DNA of 61,116 nucleotides, the filler included, from Stramenopiles sp. TOSAG23-6 (lineage: Eukaryota): NCBI GenBank assembly GCA_900128565.1. It is 4 parts of 4 records of this genome, joined end to end, with 100 filler letters (N's around TTAATTAATTAA, not from the genome) between each part and the next. Parts side by side here need not be neighbours in the genome. Positions count along the whole stretch, not along the records: positions 1 to 15,268 come from LT636123.1; 3 more parts are not named here. The stretch is one strand, 5' to 3'. The notes below the pieces were generated by a model. It had not been told where the DNA came from, did no database searches, and saw nothing but the letters and a program-made list of their open reading frames with translations. Positions 1 through 10,600 of this stretch are shown one piece after another. The position numbers and the translations under genes were made by a program. How positions within the stretch are numbered: the first letter of the stretch is position 1; every line of letters starts with the position of its first letter.

Positions 1-494
1 GATGACATTTTATAAGTTTGTTTGAGTTGTTCTGCTTGTTCTTCTTCTTCTTCTTCTTCTTCATCATCATCATCATCTTCTTCTGATTCTTCTTCTTCAT
101 CATCATCATCATCATCTTCTTCTTCTTCTTCTTCTTCTCCGGCTTCTTCTTCTGATTCATCATCATCATAATCATCTGAATCATAGAAAACGGAATTATC
201 AACTGCATTTACGGCATCATCTGAACCATAGAAACCGAAATTATCAACTGCACGTACGGAAACAGGAGAAACATCTTCTCTTGGACTGTTAGGAGGAGCT
301 TGCCGACCTGAAATCCTAGCCTTCTTTGAAACTCTTCCCAACTGCGTTGATATACTTAGACGGAGACGGCCCCCACCACCCGCCTCACCAGGTCGCTGAC
401 GTTTTGGCGAAGATCGGGGTGAAGAAGCGTTGGTTAAATAAACCAGGCATAGCATGACGACAAGACATTTAACAGTGTGATATCCGATAGTCAT
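1..494 (-). CDS. Secreted-type protein with Asp/Glu-rich tract, 3'-partial (mirror copy 14775-15268 +)
   Basis: Hydrophobic N-terminus CLVVMLCLVYLTNA, GAA/GAT repeat tract, runs off the contig end. Confidence 0.6.
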   Translation of the reverse strand, partial: MTIGYHTVKCLVVMLCLVYLTNASSPRSSPKRQRPGEAGGGGRLRLSISTQLGRVSKKARISGRQAPPNSPREDVSPVSVRAVDNFGFYGSDDAVNAVDNSVFYDSDDYDDDESEEEAGEEEEEEEDDDDDDEEEESEEDDDDDEEEEEEEEQAEQLKQTYKMS

Positions 495-936
495 TCTTGA
501 TATAATTTAGACTTTTAGAACTCAATACGTGCAAGGATATCCTCTTATTCAATCGAAAGAAGTGGAGTTTTGTGCGCACTTAGATAGGTTTACTGTGTCG
601 AGAGTCTTCAATGAAATCTGGTCAGGTAGTTCCTGCGAGTTCCTGCGAGTTCCTGGTCAGGTGAGATCCTTGTGCTGACTCGCTTACTTGTGTTACCCGG
701 TCCTGTTTAGTTATAGGAGGTTTTTCGTGGGTTTTCGGAGACAAAAAATTGATTGGTCGAGAGGAGGAGGATTGGATTGTCGAAAAAAAACACAATTACT
801 AGCTAGTATTTTTCTAGTTGCTTGAGCAACATTTCCTTTGATTTACAAGACGAGGAATAAAACAAAAGCACACAACTTGTAAACTGTACGCCACTATCGC
901 TCTCTCTCGATTCAACTTGTATTCAATTCGAATATA

Positions 937-3123
937 ATGAAAGTAATGATTATGCTTACTCTTGTAAGTATAATAACGTTGCACGTTGATGCTGAAACCA
1001 TCCACGAAGGCTTCAACGACGACAGCAACGTTCTGAAAAAATCAAAAGAGGCATTCGACAAAGCTGTGGATAAAGTCTCTCAACAACAACAACGAGAAGC
1101 AAAACAGATGGAAATGAAAGATTTGCATTATGTTCACAGCTTGTGTGTCACTGACATTCCTGAAGAGGATTGTAAAACAAACGAAAGAAACGATGCTTAC
1201 ACAGACTACGAGGCGATATCTGATTCGTGGTGGGTAAACAAAAAAGATAAAGCCTTCAAAGCAGCAAATTTCATTAAACGTAAAGTAAAGGAAGAACTTC
1301 TTCAGTATCATTGGGAAAAAGTAGCCATGGAAAAGCGACCCGGAGGAATCACTGAAGAAAACAATCCCTTGTATAATTGCTTACTTATTAGTCTCTTCTT
1401 TGACAGTGACGACGATGGAGAAGAAGAAGGTCCTGATATAGTCTTAGAGAAATTGCCGCCTCCTGAGGAATACAAAGAGGGGGAAAATATATCCGAAATC
1501 GAAGAATTGAAAAGACGCAACTTTAGTCGAAAGTTGGATAAAATAATTGATGAACGATATCTGGAGTTACAATCTGAAGATCCACGAACGATCACACATT
1601 TCGAAAAATACGCAAAAAACTACGACAAAGATAAGTTCGAGAAAAAATATGGTATTAATTTCGGAGGCGGTATGACCTTTAAAACATTTTTGGGTCAATT
1701 AACAAAAACGTGGAGTGACGACAATGTCGAAAAGGCGAAAAGAAAAAGATCTGATAGTGGACTCAAAGGACTAGCGAAGCAAACAGTAAGTGAATTAGAG
1801 CTTACCCCAGACGAAGTATTAAAAGTAAAATTTTACATGAAAGAGTCAGGTTTGGATTTGGCTCAAGGAACACTTGATCTAATCACAAATTCAACATGGA
1901 AAGAAGTATTTAAAATGTGGCGGTCCGTAAGTCCATATACAGTGCCTGATTTTCGAGCAATATTTAACAGAAAAGTTGACGAAGAGTTCAGTCGATTGAA
2001 ACTTGCAAGACAAACCCCTAACGAGGATGCCAAATTATCAGCGGTAGCTGCATTCTCCAATGACAATTCTTATGGTGCTCAGTGGGAAAACTTTCTTGTT
2101 TCTCAACGAGAAAAAGAAAGACAAAAGGAGCTTGATGGCAAAACAACCGGGGATGAAAGAAGCATTCGTGAGAGACATGAAAATAGCGTCGAACTTACAC
2201 CAGAGGAAAGATTGAAATATTCTAAAACTGAAGAACAAATTCCGTTTCTTAAAACTTCAAACAAACCAATTCTTAAAGACAGAGATTTATCTGGAATGAC
2301 AGAGAAACAACAAGTCGAAGAAAAGAAATTCCGAGAANCAGTCAAAAAACTCAAAGTAATGGAAGATAACCGAAATCTTGCAGTGAAATATGCGTTCCAA
2401 ATTCAAGAACTTTCAAAACAAAAATCGACTCCTGAAATTGTAGAAGAAATCAGGAAAATTGTGGAAAAATTACGTCCACTTGCTGCGCAAACTTGGGCAT
2501 TATTAAATGCCAAAGAAAATGTTGAAGATTTACCAAAAGAACAAGAACGACTTGACAAAGCTCGAATGAACGATGAAGACGAAGAACCAATACATGTAGG
2601 ATGTGATGCCACAGAACAAATAATAGAAGGATATTCTGAAGTTGGATCCGATGATGATCGTCGTGATGCCCTAGAAGAAGCCGCCAAAACACTCTTTCAT
2701 CGTTTGCCTCGTTTCGGTTGTCGTTTTGAACTTGAAGCTAAGCGAGATCCTCCTGAATATTTCAAAGCTACCAGGGAGGAAGCGCAAAGATGCGGACAAT
2801 ATCCGACAGAACCTCCTTGTCATATTTGTGTGGACTTACTAAAGATGAAGACAAGATTAGATGGTCACTGGAAGCACATCGATATGCTACATCTTCATAA
2901 GAAGTTGCATGGTGCATGTGAGAATAGGAATAGTGGGTGGACATTTCATCCATGCACTCTACAATGTAAACCCCTCGAAGAAGCTAATAGATCCGTCAAT
3001 GCACATCGTTTCAAAAGTGAGCCTCATCATCATCATCATCATTACAAATCGTCTACAACCAAAGTGAAACATCATCACAAAAAGCACAAAACCTTACGAT
3101 CAAATGAAAATGATGAAATGTAG
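937..3123 (+). CDS. 728-aa hypothetical secreted protein, intron-less, Cys/His-rich C-terminus (mirror 12146-14332 -)
   Basis: Long ORF, signal-peptide-like MKVMIMLTLVSIITLHVDA, clear paralogy with the next gene. Confidence 0.8.
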   Translation: MKVMIMLTLVSIITLHVDAETIHEGFNDDSNVLKKSKEAFDKAVDKVSQQQQREAKQMEMKDLHYVHSLCVTDIPEEDCKTNERNDAYTDYEAISDSWWVNKKDKAFKAANFIKRKVKEELLQYHWEKVAMEKRPGGITEENNPLYNCLLISLFFDSDDDGEEEGPDIVLEKLPPPEEYKEGENISEIEELKRRNFSRKLDKIIDERYLELQSEDPRTITHFEKYAKNYDKDKFEKKYGINFGGGMTFKTFLGQLTKTWSDDNVEKAKRKRSDSGLKGLAKQTVSELELTPDEVLKVKFYMKESGLDLAQGTLDLITNSTWKEVFKMWRSVSPYTVPDFRAIFNRKVDEEFSRLKLARQTPNEDAKLSAVAAFSNDNSYGAQWENFLVSQREKERQKELDGKTTGDERSIRERHENSVELTPEERLKYSKTEEQIPFLKTSNKPILKDRDLSGMTEKQQVEEKKFREXVKKLKVMEDNRNLAVKYAFQIQELSKQKSTPEIVEEIRKIVEKLRPLAAQTWALLNAKENVEDLPKEQERLDKARMNDEDEEPIHVGCDATEQIIEGYSEVGSDDDRRDALEEAAKTLFHRLPRFGCRFELEAKRDPPEYFKATREEAQRCGQYPTEPPCHICVDLLKMKTRLDGHWKHIDMLHLHKKLHGACENRNSGWTFHPCTLQCKPLEEANRSVNAHRFKSEPHHHHHHYKSSTTKVKHHHKKHKTLRSNENDEM

Positions 3124-3558
3124 TAATGAAAATGGGATTTAGGTACGTAGTGTTGCACGTTTATATCATTGGATTCCATGGATACACCTTTAAGTACAAA
3201 GTTTTGGTACGTCTCTCATCAATTGATAGATACATTACAAATTCTAATAATGGGATAAAAAGGTCAATTAAACTGAGTTTGCTTTTTTATATTTCTTTAA
3301 AAAAAATAAAAACTTAGTTCTTTGTCTGAATCAACCACTTCAGTTGTGGAACATTCCTGTTTTTTTTCTCTCTCTCTACACCTCTCGACGAACTCGGAGA
3401 TTTTCGAGGCATTTTCGAGGAGACAATTTGGAAATTATTTATTTGACACACAATCAAATATTTCCCTTTGATTGTCCCTCTTGATTACTGATCTCAAGAA
3501 GGAGAAACACAAAAGCACACAACTTACTGTACGCCACTCTCAATTCCACTTGAATACA

Positions 3559-5545
3559 ATGAAAATAATGATTATGCGTACTCTTCTAAGTTTTATCATG
3601 TTGCAAGTTAATGCAGCTCGGGAAGGATCACGACCGGCCCTTGTAAACGTTGTTGACGAGATGAAGTTGAACGCTGATACTAAAACTGACAGCGTTGTTT
3701 TTGAAGGATCGGAAGAAGCCTTTGTAGAGGCTGTGCGTAAGCATTTTCCTGAAGGTCCTGAAGTTCCTGAAGTAGAGCGTGAAAAACAAACAAAACCGAT
3801 GGAAATGAGAGACTTGCATTACGTTCACAGTATGTGTGTTACACGTCAAATAGGATGCAAAGAAAACGATGCAGGGACAGACTACGAGGACATACCGATA
3901 GCGGATAAGTGGTGGGAAGTGACATCTCATGAGGTACATAAAAATGTAAAAGAATCCTTCATCAAATGGAAAGCAAAGCAAGAATTGCAAAGCTATGTTC
4001 ATGATTTTAAGGAGAATCAGAATCAGAATCAGTTTGAAGAGAAGATGCCGCTGCTTTTTATGTTCTCCCAGAGTAGTAGTAGTATTAGTAGTAGTAGTGA
4101 TATTAATGATATGGGTAAACGTAGTACTCTTGAGCAAGATAAATTTTTTGATCAGCAGTATAAAATACTCGAAAAGGCACAAATATATCATGATTACATG
4201 AAAACAATTGATGAAGTTTTGAATCAATTCGAAACATCTTATCACGATTGGAAAACATCCGCAACTGGCGGATTTTTGAGAGACTTTGACCCAGAATTAA
4301 AAACATCAATTTGGAAAGCAGACACAGAGAGGGCAGTCGATAATGAAAAATACCCAACCCCCACTCGGTCAACATTGATGCCTTATTTTTGTCAGCTAGA
4401 AATATTTACAAAAGATCCTGAAAATGCTGACTATGCTGTGTGTTTTGAATTCCTAGATCCTAAAAAAAGAAAAAGGATGGGAGCGATGGGAGAAGAGTGT
4501 GAATGTACAGGAGGAAAAAAGATTAAAACATGGAGGGAAATAAAACAGTTTATCTCAATGTTGGGTTTCACACCATATTGTTTTGATACCTTTGATGGTG
4601 ATAGAAAAAAAAAAGTCGACGAAAGATTTCAAAAAAAAAAGGAACAAATCAATTATATATTTGACAGCATAAAACAATATACAACTAAAAATATAGATTC
4701 CATGAAACATTTTATGAAACGAAACAAATTTACTTCATATGGTGATAAATGGGAAAACTTTTTACAGGATCGAAAAAAAGAGGATATGGGACAAGAAAAT
4801 GAAAAAGAAATATTTTTTTCTACAGAACTGTCTTTGGATGAAAGATGTACGTTTTCAAAATTAAATTTTTACCTAAATTTTTTTCATAGGAAATTTTGTA
4901 CCTAATGAATTTCAAGTGTAAATAATGTTCACTACACATTGAAATATTCGAAAAATCTAGAAAACAATCAAATTAAATTTCGGAATGGTGGAGACAAATC
5001 AGTTCTAAAAAACAATGTATATGTAGGGATGTCAATAAAAGACAGGAAAGAAGAAGAGGAATTCCAAGAATCTGTCACTGAACTCAAACAGATGGAAGAT
5101 GTACGTTTTCATCATATATTTTGAATATTTATTTAGTACGAAATCTTGTACCTAACGATTTTTTTTTCTTACTAAAAAAAAAAAAAAAAAAAATTTTTTT
5201 CAAAAAAATACTAATCTTGCAGTAAAGTACGCGATGCGTGTGAATGAACTTTTAAAAAAAGAAGCAACTCCTGAAATAGTCCAAGAACTCGATAGCATCG
5301 TGGAAAAATTACGTCCTCTTGTTGCGCAAAATTGGGCATTATTAAATGTCGAAAAAAATGTACGTTTTTATACTGAATTTCAAATTTAGTTTTTTTTTTC
5401 ATACGAAATTTCGTACCTAACGATTTTTTTATTTCTACATTTTTCACACACATCACATGTTGGAGATTTACCAAAGGAAGTTCAACGACTTGAAAATGCT
5501 CGAAATGAAGGTAAAGACAATAATCCAGAAAAAAAGAATGTGTGA
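3559..5545 (+). CDS. Paralogue of the 728-aa protein; exons 3559-4846, 4940-5100, 5207-5359, 5459-5545 (mirror 9722-11710 -)
   Basis: Shared blocks MEMxDLHYVHSxCVT, SYGxxWENFL, ERLKYSK, MEDNxNLAVKYA, IVEKLRPLxAQxWALLN; removing three introns restores colinearity. Confidence 0.8.
4847..4939 (+). mobile_element. Introner-like intron GT...AT, flanking repeat AT
   Basis: GAA AGA T|gtacg...ctacacat|TG AAA gives ERLK as in the paralogue. Confidence 0.85.
5101..5206 (+). mobile_element. Introner-like intron GT...AT (3' end cleaner in mirror copy 10061-10168 -)
   Basis: GAA GAT|gtacg...cacaaagtat|AAT ACT gives MEDNTNL versus paralogue MEDNRNL. Confidence 0.8.
5360..5458 (+). mobile_element. Introner-like intron GT...AT
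   Basis: AAA AAT|gtacg...catcacat|GTT GGA gives NVGDLPKE versus paralogue NVEDLPKE. Confidence 0.85.
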
Positions 5546-5657
5546 AGAGTACGGTTATAATATTGGTAGAAGTTAGGGTTAGGTTTATAATCTCAAAAGT
5601 ATTCAATAAAAATGGATTTTCGTTTCGCATAAAATTTTATGTTTGCGACATTCCTAG

Positions 5658-5674
5658 TAACCCTAACCCTAACC
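5658..5674 (+). promoter_or_regulatory. Interstitial telomere-like (telo-box-like) motif upstream of the nitrilase gene
   Basis: TAACCCTAACCCTAACC about 130 nt before the ATG. Confidence 0.4.
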
Positions 5675-5800
5675 TTCATGTCACTCGAAATTGACCTGTG
5701 TCTTGACATCACTCGTTCAACCATTTTCACTTTCTTACAAGAATCGTACAAAGAGATTTAGATTAGATTATAGTATTAGTAAATACCAGTACAAACAAAA

Positions 5801-7586
5801 ATGAAGGTTGCATTATGCCAACCGAAGCGTCGTTTACATTCAACGATTGAAGACTCAATAAGCGATCTCGTTGGTTTCGCAAAGCGAGCTCATGCTCAAA
5901 GTGCTGATCTTTTATTACTTCCTGAATTGTTCTTAGGAGGTTATTTGTGTTTTAGAGAGATGTCCCAAAGGGCAGTCTCAGTATATCCTCTCAGCAAAGA
6001 GCTTTCCCGTGTTGGCGAGATTGCTAAAGAATGTCAAGTGGCAATTTGTCTAGGGTATACAGAAGTAGATGATGCGGGGAACTTTTTTAATAGTTGTGGT
6101 CTATTCGATGTAGATGGAAAATTGATTGGAAATTATCGAAAGACTCATCTATTCGGGAAAAGAGAGAAAGCTGTATTCAAATCAGGTGATGTTTTAGGCG
6201 AAGTATTTTGTGTTGCTGGAACAAAAGTGTCCATGCTTATATGTTATGACATTGATTTCCCAGAAGCTGTTCGAAAATGTGTTGTTAATGGAGCAACTTG
6301 TATTTTAATACCAACAGCTAATTTCAAACCATATAACTGTACGTACGCATTCAAAATTGAATTTTTAAACTAAATATTTTTCGTACGAAATTCTGTACCT
6401 AACGATTTTTTTTTTTAACGAAAAAAAAAAAAATAATATTTTTTCACAATACCTTTATCAATAAAAATGTTGTTCCTGTGAGAGCATTAGAGAATCATGT
6501 TTCAATATGCTATTGTAATTGGGCAGAATTTATTGATGAAGATGGTACTGAGATGAATGGAATGTCAAGTATTTGTTCAGGCAATGGAATGAAAATTATA
6601 GAATTTTTTGAGGGAGATAAAGAAGATTTGAAAATTGCGTCAATTCCTAACCCTAACCCTAAGCATCTTACTACAGACGAAGATGATTATCTACGCGATC
6701 GTAGATTAGATTTATATACAACTAACCGAGAATTATCGGATTTATCAGATAGTGAAATGCATGAGTTGTGTAAAAAAATCCCAAAATGTGAATTACATAC
6801 TCATTTGACTGGTTCAATTAGACCTGCAACTCTTCAAGAATTTTGTAATATAAAAATAAAGGCAGGTTTGTTACCAAATGATTGTCTAAAATGTTTAAAA
6901 AATGAAAATTGGGAGGATGCATTTGGAATATTTTGGTTAATTAATAAATCTGTCGATAATTTGGACAAAGTACGACGTTTAACAAAAGAGGCCATTGAAG
7001 ATATGAGAGACTGTGGCGTTGTATACTGTGAATTTCGTGTAGGTTTAAAGCCAATGCCAACGAAAGAAGATTATATCAAGACTCTCATTGATGTGATTGA
7101 AGCAGAAACAATGTCAAGTACAGGAAGTGCAACAAACATTACGATAAAATTACTCGTATCCGTCGCTCGTCATGGAGATGTATGTTTTCATTTTTTTTTT
7201 TTCAAAATTTGAATTTTTTTTCGTACGAAATTTTGTACCTAACGATTTTTTTAAGATTTTTTAAAAAATATTTTTTCAAATTCGAATTTTTTTTCGTACG
7301 AAATGTTGTACCTAACGATTTTTTTAAGATTTTTTTTTAAATATTTTTCCAAAATACATGTTCCGTACGCATCAGAGAGTGTTGATATTGCTATTGATTA
7401 TTTTACCAACTCTGAAAAAGGAAAGGGAATTGTTGTTGGTATTGAACTGGGTGGAATTCCTAAAAAAGGTCATTTTAAAACATTTCTTCCTTTATTTGAA
7501 AGAGCACGAAAAGCTGGATTAAAAACATCTCTTCATTTCGCTGAAAATTTAAGTGATGCAATCGAAGTGGAAGAAGAACAAAATTT
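5801..7586 (+). CDS. Carbon-nitrogen hydrolase (nitrilase family) fused to adenosine deaminase-like domain, 3'-truncated; exons 5801-6338, 6455-7179, 7360-7586 (mirror 7681-9466 -)
   Basis: LPELF, YRKTHLF, LICYDIDFPE, PTAN, VRALEN, then PKCELHTHLTGSIR, VVYCEFR, VVGIELGG, SLHFAE. Confidence 0.88.
6339..6454 (+). mobile_element. Introner-like intron GT...CT, flanking repeat CT
   Basis: TAT AAC T|gtacg...cacaatacct|TT ATC restores PYNFINKNVVPVRALEN. Confidence 0.85.
7180..7359 (+). mobile_element. Introner-like intron GT...AT with duplicated core
   Basis: GGA GAT|gtatg...aaaatacat|GTT CCG; two hairpin+CTAAC cores. Confidence 0.85.
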
Positions 7587-7613
7587 GTACATTTTCATCA
7601 TTACTTTCAATTT

Positions 7614-7633
<20 letters not shown>
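7587..7633 (+). mobile_element. 5' part of an introner-like intron cut by the palindrome centre
   Basis: AAT TT|gtacattttc then poly-T. Confidence 0.65.
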
Positions 7634-7653
<20 letters not shown>

Positions 7654-10600
7654 AAATTGAAAGTAATGATGAAAATGTACAAATTTTGTTCTTCTTCCAC
7701 TTCGATTGCATCACTTAAATTTTCAGCGAAATGAAGAGATGTTTTTAATCCAGCTTTTCGTGCTCTTTCAAATAAAGGAAGAAATGTTTTAAAATGACCT
7801 TTTTTAGGAATTCCACCCAGTTCAATACCAACAACAATTCCCTTTCCTTTTTCAGAGTTGGTAAAATAATCAATAGCAATATCAACACTCTCTGATGCGT
7901 ACGGAACATGTATTTTGGAAAAATATTTAAAAAAAAATCTTAAAAAAATCGTTAGGTACAACATTTCGTACGAAAAAAAATTCGAATTTGAAAAAATATT
8001 TTTTAAAAAATCTTAAAAAAATCGTTAGGTACAAAATTTCGTACGAAAAAAAATTCAAATTTTGAAAAAAAAAAAATGAAAACATACATCTCCATGACGA
8101 GCGACGGATACGAGTAATTTTATCGTAATGTTTGTTGCACTTCCTGTACTTGACATTGTTTCTGCTTCAATCACATCAATGAGAGTCTTGATATAATCTT
8201 CTTTCGTTGGCATTGGCTTTAAACCTACACGAAATTCACAGTATACAACGCCACAGTCTCTCATATCTTCAATGGCCTCTTTTGTTAAACGTCGTACTTT
8301 GTCCAAATTATCGACAGATTTATTAATTAACCAAAATATTCCAAATGCATCCTCCCAATTTTCATTTTTTAAACATTTTAGACAATCATTTGGTAACAAA
8401 CCTGCCTTTATTTTTATATTACAAAATTCTTGAAGAGTTGCAGGTCTAATTGAACCAGTCAAATGAGTATGTAATTCACATTTTGGGATTTTTTTACACA
8501 ACTCATGCATTTCACTATCTGATAAATCCGATAATTCTCGGTTAGTTGTATATAAATCTAATCTACGATCGCGTAGATAATCATCTTCGTCTGTAGTAAG
8601 ATGCTTAGGGTTAGGGTTAGGAATTGACGCAATTTTCAAATCTTCTTTATCTCCCTCAAAAAATTCTATAATTTTCATTCCATTGCCTGAACAAATACTT
8701 GACATTCCATTCATCTCAGTACCATCTTCATCAATAAATTCTGCCCAATTACAATAGCATATTGAAACATGATTCTCTAATGCTCTCACAGGAACAACAT
8801 TTTTATTGATAAAGGTATTGTGAAAAAATATTATTTTTTTTTTTTTCGTTAAAAAAAAAAATCGTTAGGTACAGAATTTCGTACGAAAAATATTTAGTTT
8901 AAAAATTCAATTTTGAATGCGTACGTACAGTTATATGGTTTGAAATTAGCTGTTGGTATTAAAATACAAGTTGCTCCATTAACAACACATTTTCGAACAG
9001 CTTCTGGGAAATCAATGTCATAACATATAAGCATGGACACTTTTGTTCCAGCAACACAAAATACTTCGCCTAAAACATCACCTGATTTGAATACAGCTTT
9101 CTCTCTTTTCCCGAATAGATGAGTCTTTCGATAATTTCCAATCAATTTTCCATCTACATCGAATAGACCACAACTATTAAAAAAGTTCCCCGCATCATCT
9201 ACTTCTGTATACCCTAGACAAATTGCCACTTGACATTCTTTAGCAATCTCGCCAACACGGGAAAGCTCTTTGCTGAGAGGATATACTGAGACTGCCCTTT
9301 GGGACATCTCTCTAAAACACAAATAACCTCCTAAGAACAATTCAGGAAGTAATAAAAGATCAGCACTTTGAGCATGAGCTCGCTTTGCGAAACCAACGAG
9401 ATCGCTTATTGAGTCTTCAATCGTTGAATGTAAACGACGCTTCGGTTGGCATAATGCAACCTTCATTTTTGTTTGTACTGGTATTTACTAATACTATAAT
9501 CTAATCTAAATCTCTTTGTACGATTCTTGTAAGAAAGTGAAAATGGTTGAACGAGTGATGTCAAGACACAGGTCAATTTCGAGTGACATGAAGGTTAGGG
9601 TTAGGGTTACTAGGAATGTCGCAAACATAAAATTTTATGCGAAACGAAAATCCATTTTTATTGAATACTTTTGAGATTATAAACCTAACCCTAACTTCTA
9701 CCAATATTATAACCGTACTCTTCACACATTCTTTTTTTCTGGATTATTGTCTTTACCTTCATTTCGAGCATTTTCAAGTCGTTGAACTTCCTTTGGTAAA
9801 TCTCCAACATGTGATGTGTGTGAAAAATGTAGAAATAAAAAAATCGTTAGGTACGAAATTTCGTATGAAAAAAAAAACTAAATTTGAAATTCAGTATAAA
9901 AACGTACATTTTTTTCGACATTTAATAATGCCCAATTTTGCGCAACAAGAGGACGTAATTTTTCCACGATGCTATCGAGTTCTTGGACTATTTCAGGAGT
10001 TGCTTCTTTTTTTAAAAGTTCATTCACACGCATCGCGTACTTTACTGCAAGATTAGTATTATACTTTGTGAAAAAATATTTTTTTTTTTTTTTTTTGTAA
10101 GAAAAAAAAATCGTTAGGTACAAGATTTCGTACTAAATAAATATTCAAAATATATGATGAAAACGTACATCTTCCATCTGTTTGAGTTCAGTGACAGATT
10201 CTTGGAATTCCTCTTCTTCTTTCCTGTCTTTTATTGACATCCCTACATATACATTGTTTTTTAGAACTGATTTGTCTCCACCATTCCGAAATTTAATTTG
10301 ATTGTTTTCTAGATTTTTCGAATATTTCAATGTGTAGTGAACATTATTTACACTTGAAATTCATTAGGTACAAAATTTCCTATGAAAAAAATTTAGGTAA
10401 AAATTTAATTTTGAAAACGTACATCTTTCATCCAAAGACAGTTCTGTAGAAAAAAATATTTCTTTTTCATTTTCTTGTCCCATATCCTCTTTTTTTCGAT
10501 CCTGTAAAAAGTTTTCCCATTTATCACCATATGAAGTAAATTTGTTTCGTTTCATAAAATGTTTCATGGAATCTATATTTTTAGTTGTATATTGTTTTAT

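Noticed and set aside
3472-3558. TTG/GTG starts in the ORF track (3472, 31835, 49043, 59778)
   Set aside because: Eukaryotic genes; downstream ATGs fit signal peptides or paralogue alignment better
4845-4937. Classical U12 AT-AC introns
   Set aside because: No ATATCCTT donor, branch-to-end distance longer than typical, and the leading dinucleotide varies with the exon; kept only as an alternative register to test
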